From Octopus bimaculoides (Eukaryota): a stretch of DNA of 63,679 nucleotides. Positions 25,500-39,200 of the stretch are shown here, in pieces; position 1 is the first letter of the stretch; every line of letters begins with the position of its first letter. Below the pieces are notes generated by a model. The model ran no database searches and was not told the origin of the DNA. It worked only from the letters and a program-made list of their open reading frames with translations. Both the position numbers and the translations under genes were made by a program. The stretch lies in the NCBI RefSeq assembly GCF_001194135.2, contig NC_068996.1, positions 22,477,683 through 22,541,361 of the forward strand, in the 5' to 3' direction.

Positions 25500-27700
25500 C
25501 CCCAGTTCAACTGTTCAGAAGCTGGTCTGCCCCTGTAGGTACGTGTGTGTAATTAAAGAGATGTATGGTTCTTATAGAGAGAGCAATTTGTAAAATGTGT
25601 GTTATGGTTTATATGGTATTGCTAGGAGAAAAGGAAAGGTGGTTTCTTGGTTCTGGGTTGGATTAGCATAGTTCAAATGTTGATAGCCAGGGGAACAATG
25701 TTTAGTTTTTTAATGTCTGGATTGTCTATAGGTTTTCTATTGTTTGTTCACTTGTGACTTTGGATATAGTTGGAATGTTTGTGATGTAGTTTTTGTAGCC
25801 TTGTTCAGTATAGTTATTCCTGGTGAGTGTATGTATTGTGAGGTTTTGTGATAATTGCTTGAGCTGTACAGGCATGTAGTTTCAGTGTATGGTATGTGGA
25901 AGTATGTGCGTAATGTTTCTTGTGCAGCCTGTGGCAAATCAGACCATAGTATTTTCTATGAGTTGTGTATTGCTGCTTATGTGCAAAGCCATTGGAGACC
26001 AGACAAAAGAAGGGTATGTTCTAGAATGGATCACATAATTTTCTTTTCTTTTGCATGTTGTGATGAATTTCTTTTATTCTGTTGGCCTCCATTTGAATAT
26101 AGCCAAGTAGTATATATTTATATATAAAATGTATGTGTTGAGAAATATGTGGACTTTTGTTTAATTATTTTTGATTTGTTTAGCATTTTGTTAGACCTAT
26201 GAATAGAAACATTCCAGCCATGACCATCCATTATTTTTAGGAGTATTTGAAATTGCTTTATCTAATATATCATGTTATTTAAGACAACTGGGTGTTTGAA
26301 GTGTATTTGGCTGCTATTTCTCATATGTTTAGCAATGGATGCAAAACTCAATACTATTGACTGTTTTGTTGTGGTCAGTGTGTCATTAAGTTGTATGTTA
26401 TGTGTATGGCTTGATTTGGATAAAAAGTGTGGCAATTATTTTGTTTTTCTTGAGTGTGAAGCTGTTCTTCAATGTCCAATTCATCATTGTCATCTTCATC
26501 ATCATTGCTTTTCCATGTTGGCATGAGTTGGGTAGGTTGTTTACAACCTGAGCCAGTTCTCAGACTTACCATTCTCCCAGATTAACCAGGAACCACTTTT
26601 AACCCATATGTTCCAAGATTTCTATTGCTGAATACCCTTTATATCACCAGCTACCTTACATTGTATACTGGGTACATTTTACTATGTTCCTGGCACTACA
26701 GATGCCATGCCTGGTAAGACTAAAGTGTTCTCTTTATCCTCTATTATCATTTGTTTACTGACACCAGAGTGTTCTTGCCCCCAGCAAAACTAAAGAGTTC
26801 CCTCTTCTCTGCATATCTTTTCTTCTGTTCTTTCTTACGTAATTGGTGTGTAAAAAGGAACATTTTCTATCATGTCACTGGTAATAGAAAGTAGCCTATG
26901 GTTGAGCTTAGGCATACCCTCTATTCTGTGTTGGTCTGGGTTAAAAAGGATCATCGTACCCTGCACTGGTCTTTATTCTTACTGTTCATAGGTCAGTATG
27001 TTAGGTTGTATACAAAGAGTAGGTAGGAGGTTCATAACTGAAATATAGTTGGAGTCCATAAGAGCAGCCAAGGATAATTGAAAATTTTATGCTGAGGTAG
27101 CCTTGACACTAGGTTATTGGGTATTTTGCTTTTGGGTTTCTTAAAAGTAGTATAAGGGTTGCCTTTGTTGTAAAGGTTTTACAGCCTAGTATTCCTTCTA
27201 TATTGTACCTAATTCATCAAAGGAGATAGTGGGATTCTTCTTCAGTTGCAATAGCAACTAGGTAGCTTGTTCCAGATATCATCTGTCAGAGTTTTAAGCC
27301 AGTGTTCTCAACACTGAATCAGCCCTTGTTGCAAGTGAAATAGCAAATGGTCAGTAGGGCCTTTAGGTAAAGAGATGGATGGGGCTTATTGTGCTGGCAT
27401 GTAGGTTAATGGACCAATACCTGCTGAGACCTCATTAAAGAGGACAGAAGTAGTGGGGTGAACTAGCTTGTTGGTGGAGTGCAGAGTTAGCAGAAATCTG
27501 TTGTTATTTCCCCATCACTTAAGGCAGTTTGATGGGAGAAAGAACAAGTGAATTTGAGGGTGATAACAGAGAGAATAACAGTTGATAACCTGGGTGATAA
27601 GTGTAAATGGGTGATGCGAGGAAGAATAATGGAAGAGAGAGTGAGTTATAGTCATTTATGTAATAGTTGTTAAGGAGATAGCCCTTAGATATACAGAGCA
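25500..27700 (-). mobile_element. Highly decayed Penelope-like element, interrupted by an RTE-tail repeat at ~26490-26710
   Basis: Only faint minus-strand echoes of PLE RT motifs (DKG-like NKG near 27330; a PxFYxLPKxHK-like stretch near 27130). Boundaries uncertain. Confidence 0.3.
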
Positions 27701-28859
27701 AAAACAGAACCAAAAGCAAGGGGTTTGCACATGTTCTGTGACATGTTTGCTCCATCTTGCAAAGGAGTGTATCAAAGAATCACAGGAAGAAGTGTATATG
27801 GAACAAAAGTGATATACTTACCTTCTTTGAAAGTGTGGAAAAGTTATTCAAGAAGGTGTCAAATGAAGAGAATGCATGAGAGTGAGGGAGCTTACCCTAG
27901 GTAGATCCTAACAGAGATCTCATCTATGGAAACTGACAACTGCATTGTAGAAAACATAATTGTGAATATGAAGGCAGGGAAAGCAGCTGGATCATTAGAG
28001 ATGGTTGCTGTGATACTGAAAATATCTGACTAAATAGATTGGTCACACACTAGTCACTTATGTAGTCAGTCCAGTAGGATGGAGAAGTGTCATACCCAAT
28101 GGCTGGCATAGTAGTATCAATTTATTAATGTAATTCCAAATTGTCATAACTATCAATGTTCTACTTTTCATGATAACATATATTGGGTACATGTGTGATA
28201 TGGAAAATTTTTACTTATCTCAATACTGTATCATCTTGTCTAAGATCTGGCATCCTAAAATCTGACCTCAATTTCTGTGATGTTTTCTTTGGACTTCTTC
28301 CTCAGGCAAAAATTCATGCTATAAGTATTTGGCACTTATTCACTTATAACTCATTGTAAATAAATGTATTGTGTAAATGGAGTAGTTCCAACTAGGTTTT
28401 GAAGTCAGACACTATTAATTGGGATCTAATATCATGAAAACTTTGTGTCTTCCTTGTTCTTTTTCAAGGCACCCAGTAAAAAGAAAAGCAACGTTGACTG
28501 ATGGCATTAAAATTTGGATTTTATAAAGTAACTTGCCCAACTGTCTACTTTCTTTACTAACACTAATATAAGCTGATGGAGAACCCTGATACAGTTGATT
28601 TTATAGAAATAGTAGCAAAATCTCCCTTAATTACACCTGGTGATTTTTAAAATGAAGCAGATATATAAGGTAATGTCGTCTGAGATACTCCTAAAAAGAC
28701 AAGATGGTTACAGCTGGAATGTTTAAGATCGTAGATTCATTCAAAGTTGACCTAGAGGTAAACAACAACAAAAGAATTAATATTCAAGTAAATTTGTATA
28801 CTGTCTGAAGTTAAGATGTTATACTCTGATCAAACAGTCATAAGTTAAGGCTACTACTA

Positions 28860-31005
28860 CAAGTAGAGAATCCAGAAGTAAGAAGTTTGCACACATTCTG
28901 TGACATGAGGACTGGAAATATAAGATATTCTGGATTGCAAAACATGCTTGTATTCAGAGATTCTGAAAAGAAGGCTATGAACAGTTATTAAATGTGGAGA
29001 ATGCATGGGAGAAAGAGAATTTTCCTAATGTGAACACAACAGAGGGTCCAGTTATTTATGTTGACAGTAGTGTTATAAAGTAATTAAGAAAATGACTGGA
29101 AAAGCTCCTGGTCCATCAGGAATTACCTCTTGAATGCTTAAAATGGCTGGTGGTTTAGGACATGGCTTAGTTACTTGTATAGTTAATCATGTTGTACAGG
29201 AAAGCATTATATCCAGTGATTGTTGTAGCAGCATTATAGTCAGCTCTAGCTGTTACAAGGATAGACGAGATGCCATACAAAGAAGTAATTACAGAGATAT
29301 CAAATAACTGGACCAGGTTATGAAAGTTACTGAAAGAACTATAACCCAGTTAATTAGAAAGAACCTGGATGAGATGCAGTCTGGTTTTTTCCCAGGGAGA
29401 AGCACTATTGATGCTCTCTTTATAGTTCGATAACTACAGGAGAAGTATGTAGCAATAGCAAAAAGTAAACCACTGCACTTGGCATTCGTTGACCTGAAGA
29501 AAGCCTTTGACAGGGTGACTTGATCCTTTGTCTGGTGGTTGTGCGAAAACTAGGAGTGGATGAATAGCTAGTGAGAACCGCTCAAGCCGATGTTGTTAGG
29601 AAATTGAGAATTAACAATGAGTATAACAGTAAATTTAGTGTGCAGATTGGAATTTGATTATTAGTCCTCTTTCATTATAGTCCTTCTGGTCATAATGGAG
29701 GAATTTAAGACCAGTTACCCTTGGGAACTCCTCTATGCTGACGACCTTGTTATAGCTGAAAGTGTAGAAGAATTAAAATTACAAGTATGGAAACAAAACC
29801 TGGAATCAAAGGATCTTAAGGTTAACTTAGTGAAGACTAAGGTTCTGATTTGAAGGAAAACAGACTGAACATTAAACCCTTAGGGTAAATGGTGCTATTC
29901 CATATGCAAACAATGGACACATAAGAGGTGCAGTGAAATCAAAGGTAGGTTAATGGAGAAAGTAGAATTTGTTTGTGGCAAATATGAAGGAACAATAAAA
30001 GCACATGAGAAATAGATGTTCTGGAATTCCCAGGAGTCACCCTAAAAGTAGTAGATAGCTTGTGATCTAGGTGGCCTAATTACCAGTAGAGGAAGTTGCT
30101 CTCAAAGTATAGCTGCTAGAATTTGAATTGGCTGAAGTAAGTTCAGGGAACTTTTACTTCTGTTGGTAACAAAAGGCAAATTGTATTATGCTTCTGTTCA
30201 AACAGTGTTACATGGCTGTGAAACTTGGGCTGTAAATGCAGAGGACATGCAAAGACTTGGAAGAAATGAAACGAGTATGATCCAGTGAATATGTAATGTT
30301 AGGTGCATGTATGACAAAGCATAAATTGGGTTAGAGAAAGATTGAGCATCAGAGGCATCAGATGTGTGCAGGGGAGTAGATTGTGCTAGTATGGTCATGT
30401 GATGCAGATGGATGAAGACAGCTTATAAAGAAGTACCAATCACTAAATGCTGAAGGAACATGTAGAAGAGGTAGATCTAGGAAAACATGGGATGAAGTGG
30501 TGAAAATTGACATCAAGATGTTGAATCTTTCAGAGGAGATGCTGGAGGACTGAGATGAATGATGTTATACTGTGCTTGAGAAGATCCATCCGTCTCAGTA
30601 GAATTGAGGCTTATATCCTTTGTGTCCAACTCATTCCCTATCTCTGATTATCTGTCTCATATTCACATTGTAGCTGGACCTCACGTCTTCTTTCTCTCCT
30701 TCACTTTCCAGGTGTGAGCAATCTATGTATTCTCCTCTTTAGCAAGACACCTGCTCCTCTTCTTCTATCATAGTTTCTTTCTCCAGTCATACCCTGCTCA
30801 GTTGGTGACCTCACCAGTGCTGGTGCCATGTAAAAAGTATCCAGTACACTCTGTTTAACAGTTGGCATTAGGAAGGGCATCCAGCTGCAGAAACCATGCC
30901 AACAGCAGACATAGAACCTAGCAGAGCCTTCTGGCTCATCTGTTTTTGTTAAACCATCCAACCCATACCAGCATGGAAAAAGGGACGTTCAATGATGATG
31001 ATGAT
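28860..31005 (+). mobile_element. Degenerate RTE-clade LINE: RT, C-terminus, putative 3' UTR and (GAT)n tail
   Basis: GKAPGPSGIT, DEMQSGFFPGRSTIDALF, PLHLAFVDLKKAFDRV, ELLYADDL and GRSRKTWDEVV, with many stops and frameshifts. Ends ccaacccataccagcatggaaaagggacgttcaatgatgatgatgatg. Confidence 0.85.
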
Positions 31006-31352
31006 GTATCAGGGAGAATCAAGACCTCATTGGAAAGAGGTGTATATAAAATCTAGTTTTCCTTATCATAACCAATATCAATGTAGTTACATAATTATTT
31101 TAGCCCACATTGGTAACAAAATTGTGGGTTTTAAATAAAATAGTTTATAAGCATGCACAGCTTTCTATACACTGTTCTATATACACAAAAGATGATCATT
31201 ATCTTGATCAAATTAATATTGTTTCATTCTCCATTCCTTTCCTTTTTTATTCTTGAGCAAATCCAACATCCATATTGAGACACAACACAATACCAAAAAA
31301 ACAGTAAAGCCAGCAAGGGAGCCTTTACATGGCATACATATCAGTCAAATAG

Positions 31353-31606
31353 GCGGCAAGCTATTCAGACAAAAGGTGGTGAGCTGGCAGAAACGTTGAT
31401 ACGCCGGGTGAAATGCTTAGTGGTATTTCATCTGCCACTACGTTCTGAGTTCAAATTCCACCGAGGTCAACTTTGCCTTTCATCCTTTCGGGGTCGATTA
31501 AATAAGTACCAGTTACCCACTGGGGTCGATATAATCGACTTAATCCGTTTGTCTGTCCTTGTTTGTCCCCTCTGTGTGTAGCCCCTTGTGGGTAGTAAAG
31601 AAATAA
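31353..31606 (+). mobile_element. SINE (family 2) with an 18-bp target-site duplication
   Basis: B-box-like gagttcaaattcc and core gaggtcaactttgcctttcatcctttcggggtcga. Flanked by tacatatcagtcaaatag (31335-31352) and tacatgtcagtcaaatag (31607-31624), one mismatch. Decayed relative at ~54390-54580. Confidence 0.78.
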
Positions 31607-34564
31607 TACATGTCAGTCAAATAGATTTCATTCATCCCTTGAAAAAGAGAACAACATAATGTATTTGTATATTCTAATGAACAAGATGGGATAGTTCAAG
31701 CTGGAACCATCCTGTCTTTTGATCTTAAGTCTGCTCAATAAGGAGGCTGGTCTAGGGCTGAAAACCAACACTAAATGAGCTCAAAGGTAGCTCTTATCCT
31801 CCAAAACTCATCAATCTTTGTGTCTCTACAAGGATCTTTTCCAGTTTATGGAAACCTGCAACTGTGTATCCCATTTCTAATCAGTGCAATTTAATTACTC
31901 TTGCTAAATATCTTCAGAAGTGATTGAGACAGATCCATGTAGCTATCTCCTTCATCATCTTGAACCTTGTCTCTTCCTCCTCAGTGACCTCCATTATACA
32001 GTACTTGATTTTCTGTTAGGCACTAGTGGTTTCCTGTGTTTTTAAAAAGTGCAGTGAAACTAATGTTGCAGCCCTTGACATTATTAATGAAACATGAGAA
32101 TTTCCCAACTAAGAAGCCTGTACAGTGGATCCCTCTGTCTCTTGTTTCCTGGATCAAAATTTTTCACATAAGTTGCTCCATTACAGCATGTGCAGATCTC
32201 TGAACTACCTTTTATCAATTCTGTTATACCAATTACACACATTCTTTTTCTATATTAATGACTTACTTATTTTTAGTTCTAACCATATAGGGTCTTCCTA
32301 TGCAAATGATAGTATTCATCATTCCTTGTTAACCTTTCCACACGAATATCATCCGTAATACTGCATAATAGCTGACTTACTTCAAACACTACCTCTTTGA
32401 ACAAATCCCCTAAATGAAAATCTCATTCAATAGTGACTTGATATCTTTTTTTCTTCAGCAGAACAACAGAGATACAATTACAACATGCATCAAGGAAACA
32501 CTCTTGCACAATACCATTCCTATTCATGAACAATATACTACTAAACCCTAGATTTCCAAGCCTATGGTGATCTTTCTTGGTACATATATATTACCAAAAA
32601 CAGGCTCCCTTTCAGGGTTGCTTGTATAGTAATAATGCTAATGCTTACATACATATGAACATTTCAAACCACATTCAAAATTTCTATCAGGCTTATTGGC
32701 AAAGATTCAATACTGGCTCACAAATGCACTATTTCTTCTATCTACCTTCATCTTTATGATCTAGCAAGTTGTAAGACTACCTAATACATCTATGTTCTCT
32801 TCAGCTACTTCTGCCTTATAGATCCCATTCTTATCACATTATTCAATAATTTCTCCCTAGAGTTGTGTAATTTTTCTACTGATTTTGATCTGCACATAAT
32901 CAATTATAACAACTCCACTATTGTAAGAAAGCCTGTAAATGGCATATGCATTTCTCTTCATTTAATAAATAGTAAGTACAGTTGCCTGTTCAATGATTGT
33001 TTGATCATTGCCAAGGTATCTACCATGACCAAGTTCTAGCTCATGTTCTTGAGGTGACTAAATTGTATTCTTTTAATCTGACTGACAGATTTGTGTGGTA
33101 TACCCTGATGGAAATGTTTGAATTAGTATTGTTCTTAGGCTATGTTTCACAGACATGTGCTTCTTGACTCTCTCTAACCCATAGATTATCAATTTTAGTG
33201 TATCACATGCTTCACTTATGCTATCCACACACTCTTCTCTTCATGCACAACCTTATTGTCATTAGTTCTAATCTCTTAGACTTATATATGCAGATAATAC
33301 CATCAGTCATTCCTCTTTAATCTTTCCTTACAATTATAATCAACATGCAATTCATCATAGATGTGAACATGAAGGAAGATATTCTGGAAATTAAAAATTG
33401 TAAATAGTTTTTCTTACTTATTTCTAAGCAGGTTGGATGTTTGTTTTGATGGTATTACATAAACCATCCTTAGGGATAATAAGGCTTTCTTGAGGTAAAA
33501 TGTGAAAAGGAATTTGTAATTTGGGATTTTGTTTCATTTCATTTTTCATGTCATAGCATTTTTGCACTTTCAGCATATACCCTATAAAACTTGATTGGTT
33601 AAAAGAATTCATTACAATTCAGTTAAACAATTGAAGTTATTTATTTAAAGGATCATTAATGAAACACTTGTGAGTTCTAAGGGAACAATAATTTATAATG
33701 GAATCTTAAGTAAGATAAATAAAGGATAATAGTTTATAATTTAGTTTGGTGGCAACAGTAGCTTTGACAGAAATTTTAGTAGAGTGTAAAAGTTAGCTTT
33801 GAGATATTGTGGCCAGATGAGCATTGAAAATTAAGTTGAAACTGATGGTGGTAGCAGTCAACATTCTTCAGGCATACAGTCTAATGGCAAATAATTATAG
33901 TAATTCTTGGGCTCTCTATTGTAACCTACTCCTGCTGCTGTGAATTAGATATGTGGAAAGAAAGTCTGAACTCCAAAACATATGTAACACAATCACACAT
34001 GGCGGCATACGTTTTAGACATAATTGAATGGTACTGTCAGGTAGAGAAAAAAAGTTAGGGTGGTGAAGATGACTTCTTAAATTGATAAACAAACAAAAGA
34101 TATTACAAGATGATTTTTGTTATTGTTGTTGCATAGGTTCTTCAGGTCTAATTAGTTAAATTTATATTATAAAATATGCGAAGAGAATATTTTGTGGTGA
34201 TCTACTATGATAAACTATAGATTCACACTCCATTATTGATACATAAGCTAATATACAGAAGACTTAAAACTAAGCAATATTGATAAGCTTTAGGTGAAGG
34301 GATATAAACTACCATGACAAGCATTTCAGAAGCTAGTATCATCTACTACAGCCCCAGGCTGACTTTTGCCTTATGAGTGGATTTGCTAGATTGAAATTGT
34401 CATAAATGTGTGTGTGCATGCATGTGCTTCCATGCTTGTGTTTGCATGACTATTGATATTCCATTTCTTTGCTTGACTCTACTTGAGTGAATTGGTTCAA
34501 AACTTTTATAAATTTGTTAGAAAGTAAAGAATCTCAAAATTATTTACTGTACAAGTAATGATTC

Positions 34565-35370
34565 ATTTAGTGCAGCTGTGGTTGAGAAGTTTGTTCCCAA
34601 CCACATGGTTTCAGATTCAGTCCCATGTGTGGCACATTGGGCAAGTATCTTCTATAGCCGTGGGCCAACTGAAGCCTAAAGAGTGAATCTTCTAGAAAGA
34701 AACTGAAACAAGACCACCGTGTGCATGTGTGTGTAAATGTCTGTGTGTATGTATGTGTCTCTTTGCTTTGATATCACATGATAGTTGTAAATGAGTGACA
34801 CTATTGTGCAAACAATGTTATTCATTTCCAATATTCTGTGAAAATATGTCTGACCATGGGGAAATATCACCTTGCTTAGAAACAGGTAAGAGTTGGCAAA
34901 GGAAGGCCAACAAACTGCAGAAAATCTGCCTCAATAAACTTTGTCGGATCCATGCTAGCATGGAAAAGTGGACATTAAAACAATGATGCACACATACTGT
35001 ATAGGCACAGGCATGGCTATGTGATAAGAAGTTTCCTTCCCAACCACATAGTTCTGAGTTTTGTCCCATTGCATGGCGCCTTGTTCAAGTGTCTTCCACT
35101 TAAGCCTCAGGCCAACCAAAACCTTGTGAGCGGGTTTGATAGACGGAAACTGAAAGAAGCTTATTTTTGTGTGTGTGTCTTTGTGTTTGTCCCCCATCCA
35201 CTGTTTGACAACTGGTGTTGGTGTGTTTAAATTCCTGTAACTTTGCAGTTTGACAAAAGAGAGTGATAGAATAAGCACTAGTACTGGGGGGGTTGATTCA
35301 TTAGACTAAAATTCTTTGAGGCGGGCCCCAGCATGGCCTGAGTCTAATGACTGAAACAAGTAAAAGAAAA
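34565..35370 (+). mobile_element. Cluster of two family-1 SINE copies and RTE-tail fragments
   Basis: Heads gctgtggttgagaagtttgttcccaaccacatgg (34575) and ggctatgtgataagaagtttccttcccaaccac (35014); tail ggcgggccccagcatggcctgagtctaatgactgaaac at ~35320-35360. Confidence 0.72.
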
Positions 35371-36079
35371 GAAGAAAAATTTTCCTAATAAGTATCATTT
35401 CGGGATTGTCCAAAATATTTTTCTCATCATCTCGATATCAACATATGCTTCTTATATTTTATTTCCTAACCTGTTCATACCAATGAACACCATCACTTCT
35501 TGAAACAATTTCTGTTTAGCATGTATTTATATAAATATTAATCTTGTGTAAAATAAAATTTTCATCTAAATTGGATTTTTAAATAATTCACAATCATCTG
35601 AAAATTATATTTTAAATATTTTCCTCTAACTTTTAATATTTTGTAGTTTTTATACTTCTTTTGGTCACTTTTCCTATTTGTTGAACTTGATGAGAACCAT
35701 CTTCATTTTTATTACTTCTGATGCTATTATTTCAACTGTTTTTATTAGCATATGTGATAAAGGCCTAAGACCTAATTTGTATTTTGACTCTACTCTAGTT
35801 TCAATTAGTTTATATCATCATTTTAATGTCCACTGTTTCATGCTTCCATGGATCAGATGGGATTCAATGAGTCAGATTTTTTCACAACCAGATGCCCTTC
35901 ACTTGTTTCCAAGCAAGGAAATATTTTCCCATGATTAGACATGTATATATTCATAGAAAATTGGAAATGAATGATACTGCTTGTATAACAGTGACACCCA
36001 TTTACACCGATCACATGATGTCAAGTCAGAGAGACACACACACACACATACATGTGTATACATACATGTGTATACATAC

Positions 36080-36200
36080 ATGCACATGACAGGTTTCTTT
36101 CAGTTTCCAAAACCAAATCCATTCACAAGGCTCAGGACTATAGAACACACCTTTCACAAGGTATCATGTTGTGGGACCTGAAACCATGTGGTTGGGAAGC
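36080..36200 (-). mobile_element. 5' part of a family-1 SINE, antisense
   Basis: tttctttcagtttcc...aaatccattcacaaggc...accatgtggttgggaagcaa is the reverse complement of the SINE head. Confidence 0.6.
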
Positions 36201-39200
36201 AAGAGCTTAACTTATGCTCATTAATTGTGGATATCATTCTTATATACCATTTTAAAATTGATTGCATAATTTTGCTTTTTTTGTCATTTCTGCCATAATC
36301 TGTTAAAAATTTCATTAGTATTTCCTTCAAATTCTGAAGTGCTTTTTGCCTAACAAAATTTATATTATTCGATGCTAAAGGATAATCAAATTATTGAATA
36401 GAAACTCATCTTCTTTTTACAATACTTTTTTAATTTTTTTTTTTTTTTTTTCATTGAGAATGTGTCATGATAGAAAAATATGCTGGTCAAGATTTAAAAA
36501 GATGTGAAATGCTCATGCAACATGTAAAAGAATTTTGAAGCAATATAGACATATGGTTAGGATTGCTGTTTGGCAGTAATTGGAGTAAAGCAAGGTTACA
36601 AAGATTATTGGGATTGATCTAACACCTGCCTACCACCCAAAATATTTTAGATTTGATACATCAGAGAATATGATTTAAGCCCATTAAACTATCCTACCAG
36701 AGTTAAGTATAAAAATGTTAATGATGATGATGTTAAAGTGACATTGATTTAAACAAAAATCTTTTTTTATAGAATTACCTGACAAATTACCTAAATTTAA
36801 TAGAAAATCAGAGGAATGTGTGTTGTTTTTGCTGGGATATTTTCTTTATTTCAGTTATTAATAAAGCTGCAAACCTCTCAAATAAATAACTATACCACAT
36901 AACATAAGATCTGCAGCATTGACATTTTGCTAGTATATCAAATTCTTTTATTGATTATTTGTATTAGCTTAGCACATGCCATAGCTTTTTGTCTAGTGCT
37001 GTTGTGCGGCATGTGATTGCTAAGGCTTCTAGCTTTATTTGCCAACTTGTTTGATTCAAATAAACAAGGCCAAATGTATAAATCCTTTTTACTAGTAACC
37101 TCCGACAGTCAAGATTTCTTTCTATTTATTACAATGATATGATAATTTGTTACTATAAAGCAACTTAGTAGCTACTTTAGCATAGTTAACTTGTGAACAT
37201 TCTTGAATCATCGTGCTTATTCAGAGTGTACTGGTATATCTATATACCAAAATATTTTCTGATTCACTTCCAAACTTTGCACACTTTTTATTAGTAAAAT
37301 GTATATATAGAAATTATCTGTTTAAAATCATATATTTCTGACTGTCCTGTTGTATCCCATAGTTGCTTTTCATATACATTAACTTACTTGATAAATGTTG
37401 GGTTGTGAGACTGTTACCATGTAACTGCTGCCTGTATAATATTTACAGCTGTCTGTTATATTTCACTTTATTCCCGAGTTAAGGAAGATTTAAAGTGGAA
37501 TAGAATGTTCGTAGCATATATTCCTTTTTATTTTCTATCTTGGACATGTGGATTCCTAAAATCTCTCTCTCTATTATCTCTGTACATGTGTGTGTTTATA
37601 TATATATATATATATATATATGATGATATATATATTATATATATAGTTCATTGTCCTGTGTAATAGGATTGTCTATAACATTCTTATATCCTATGACTTT
37701 ATACTATTAGCTAGAAATAGGTTATTATTGTCGTAGCTTAATAGTAATAAAATGTTGTTGTTTTTTTTATGCATCAACTTTTGAGTATGTTTATTCCTTA
37801 ACTTTTAAATACATGATATTTTAAGCAAGACTAATAATTTTCATTTATTTTAAAAACACTGTTTATTAATTTAAGACATTTTCAACAGCTCATAAGTATG
37901 TTCTCTATGTAATATACCAAAGCAGATTATTTTTTTTTTAATTGACCTAATTTTGTTTTTAATGGGCAGGACATTCCGTAACCTTTTCAATGTTCCATGA
38001 CAGTTAGCTTTAAGTTGGATTAAAAATTAAAAAGTAGTTGTCGCAGTACGAAACAAAACAACAACAAAAAAAATTAATAAAGCTTAGCATTATATGTTGC
38101 TATATATAGCCAGTTTATTTGGGTTTGTTTTTTTCTTTCTTTTTTTTTTTTATTTCAAGATAACATTTCAATGTGAAGTCTGTTAAAATGATTAAATGGT
38201 TGAAATATAAACTAAAAATAAAACACAAGAAGAAAAATTCTGATGTTCCCTCTGTAAATGCTAAGGAATAAAGAGTTTTTTTGTTTTCATATTAGGTAAT
38301 ATTAATGTGACTCAAACCTGCTTAACTTAATATAAATAGCTGAATATAGGATTGAGAAAATGTAGAATATTATGAAAAGTAGTTAAAAGAAATGTTTGCT
38401 TTTGCCTCCCTCCTATATTAATAATATAGGAGGGAGGTATTCATTGATTATTTTAGGCAGAACTAATTGAAGATTAACACATATTATAAGATTCATGTAA
38501 TGGCTCTATTTCTTTTGCAATTTCCATTTTTTATTAGTCTGTAACATAGTAGTTTGTCCTTGGGGATGTCATTAAGACCACTTTTGCTACTTAAAAGCTG
38601 TCAGGGTTAGATGTACACACATGGCTTTCGATATTTCTATGGTAACAGCAGACTTGTGATAGTAGGTACTTCAGGAGGCCGGTTAAATTTACTTTGTTAT
38701 TCTAATTATATAGCAGCATTTATCAAATCTTATTTCATAAATCTTAATAAAAATTATGTATATTTAATGTATACATGATATGATTTTCTAAAGTGTGGCC
38801 ATGCTATTTTCTGCATTTTACAACAATTTTATACAGTATTGATTGGACAGTTCTGCAAATTTGGATAATTATTTAAATTGCTGCAGATGGTATATAAAGA
38901 GTACTTTGATAATGTTATTTATTCATGTAAGTGAACTGTTATGTTAGTCATGCCAGACAAAATGAACATATAGTTATCTACATTCTCAGTTCAAATCCAG
39001 TTAATGTTGCCTTTGCTTTACATTATTCAAGGATACATTAAATTGACTTTATCTCTTCCCTAAAATATTTGTGACATTGTATCATTATATTTAATAATAA
39101 TAATTACAGCCACAATATTCATAGAAATCATTATGACAATAGAATGAAAGAAATGTTAAAACAATGAACAAAATGCATTACAGCCTGATGACAGCCAGTA

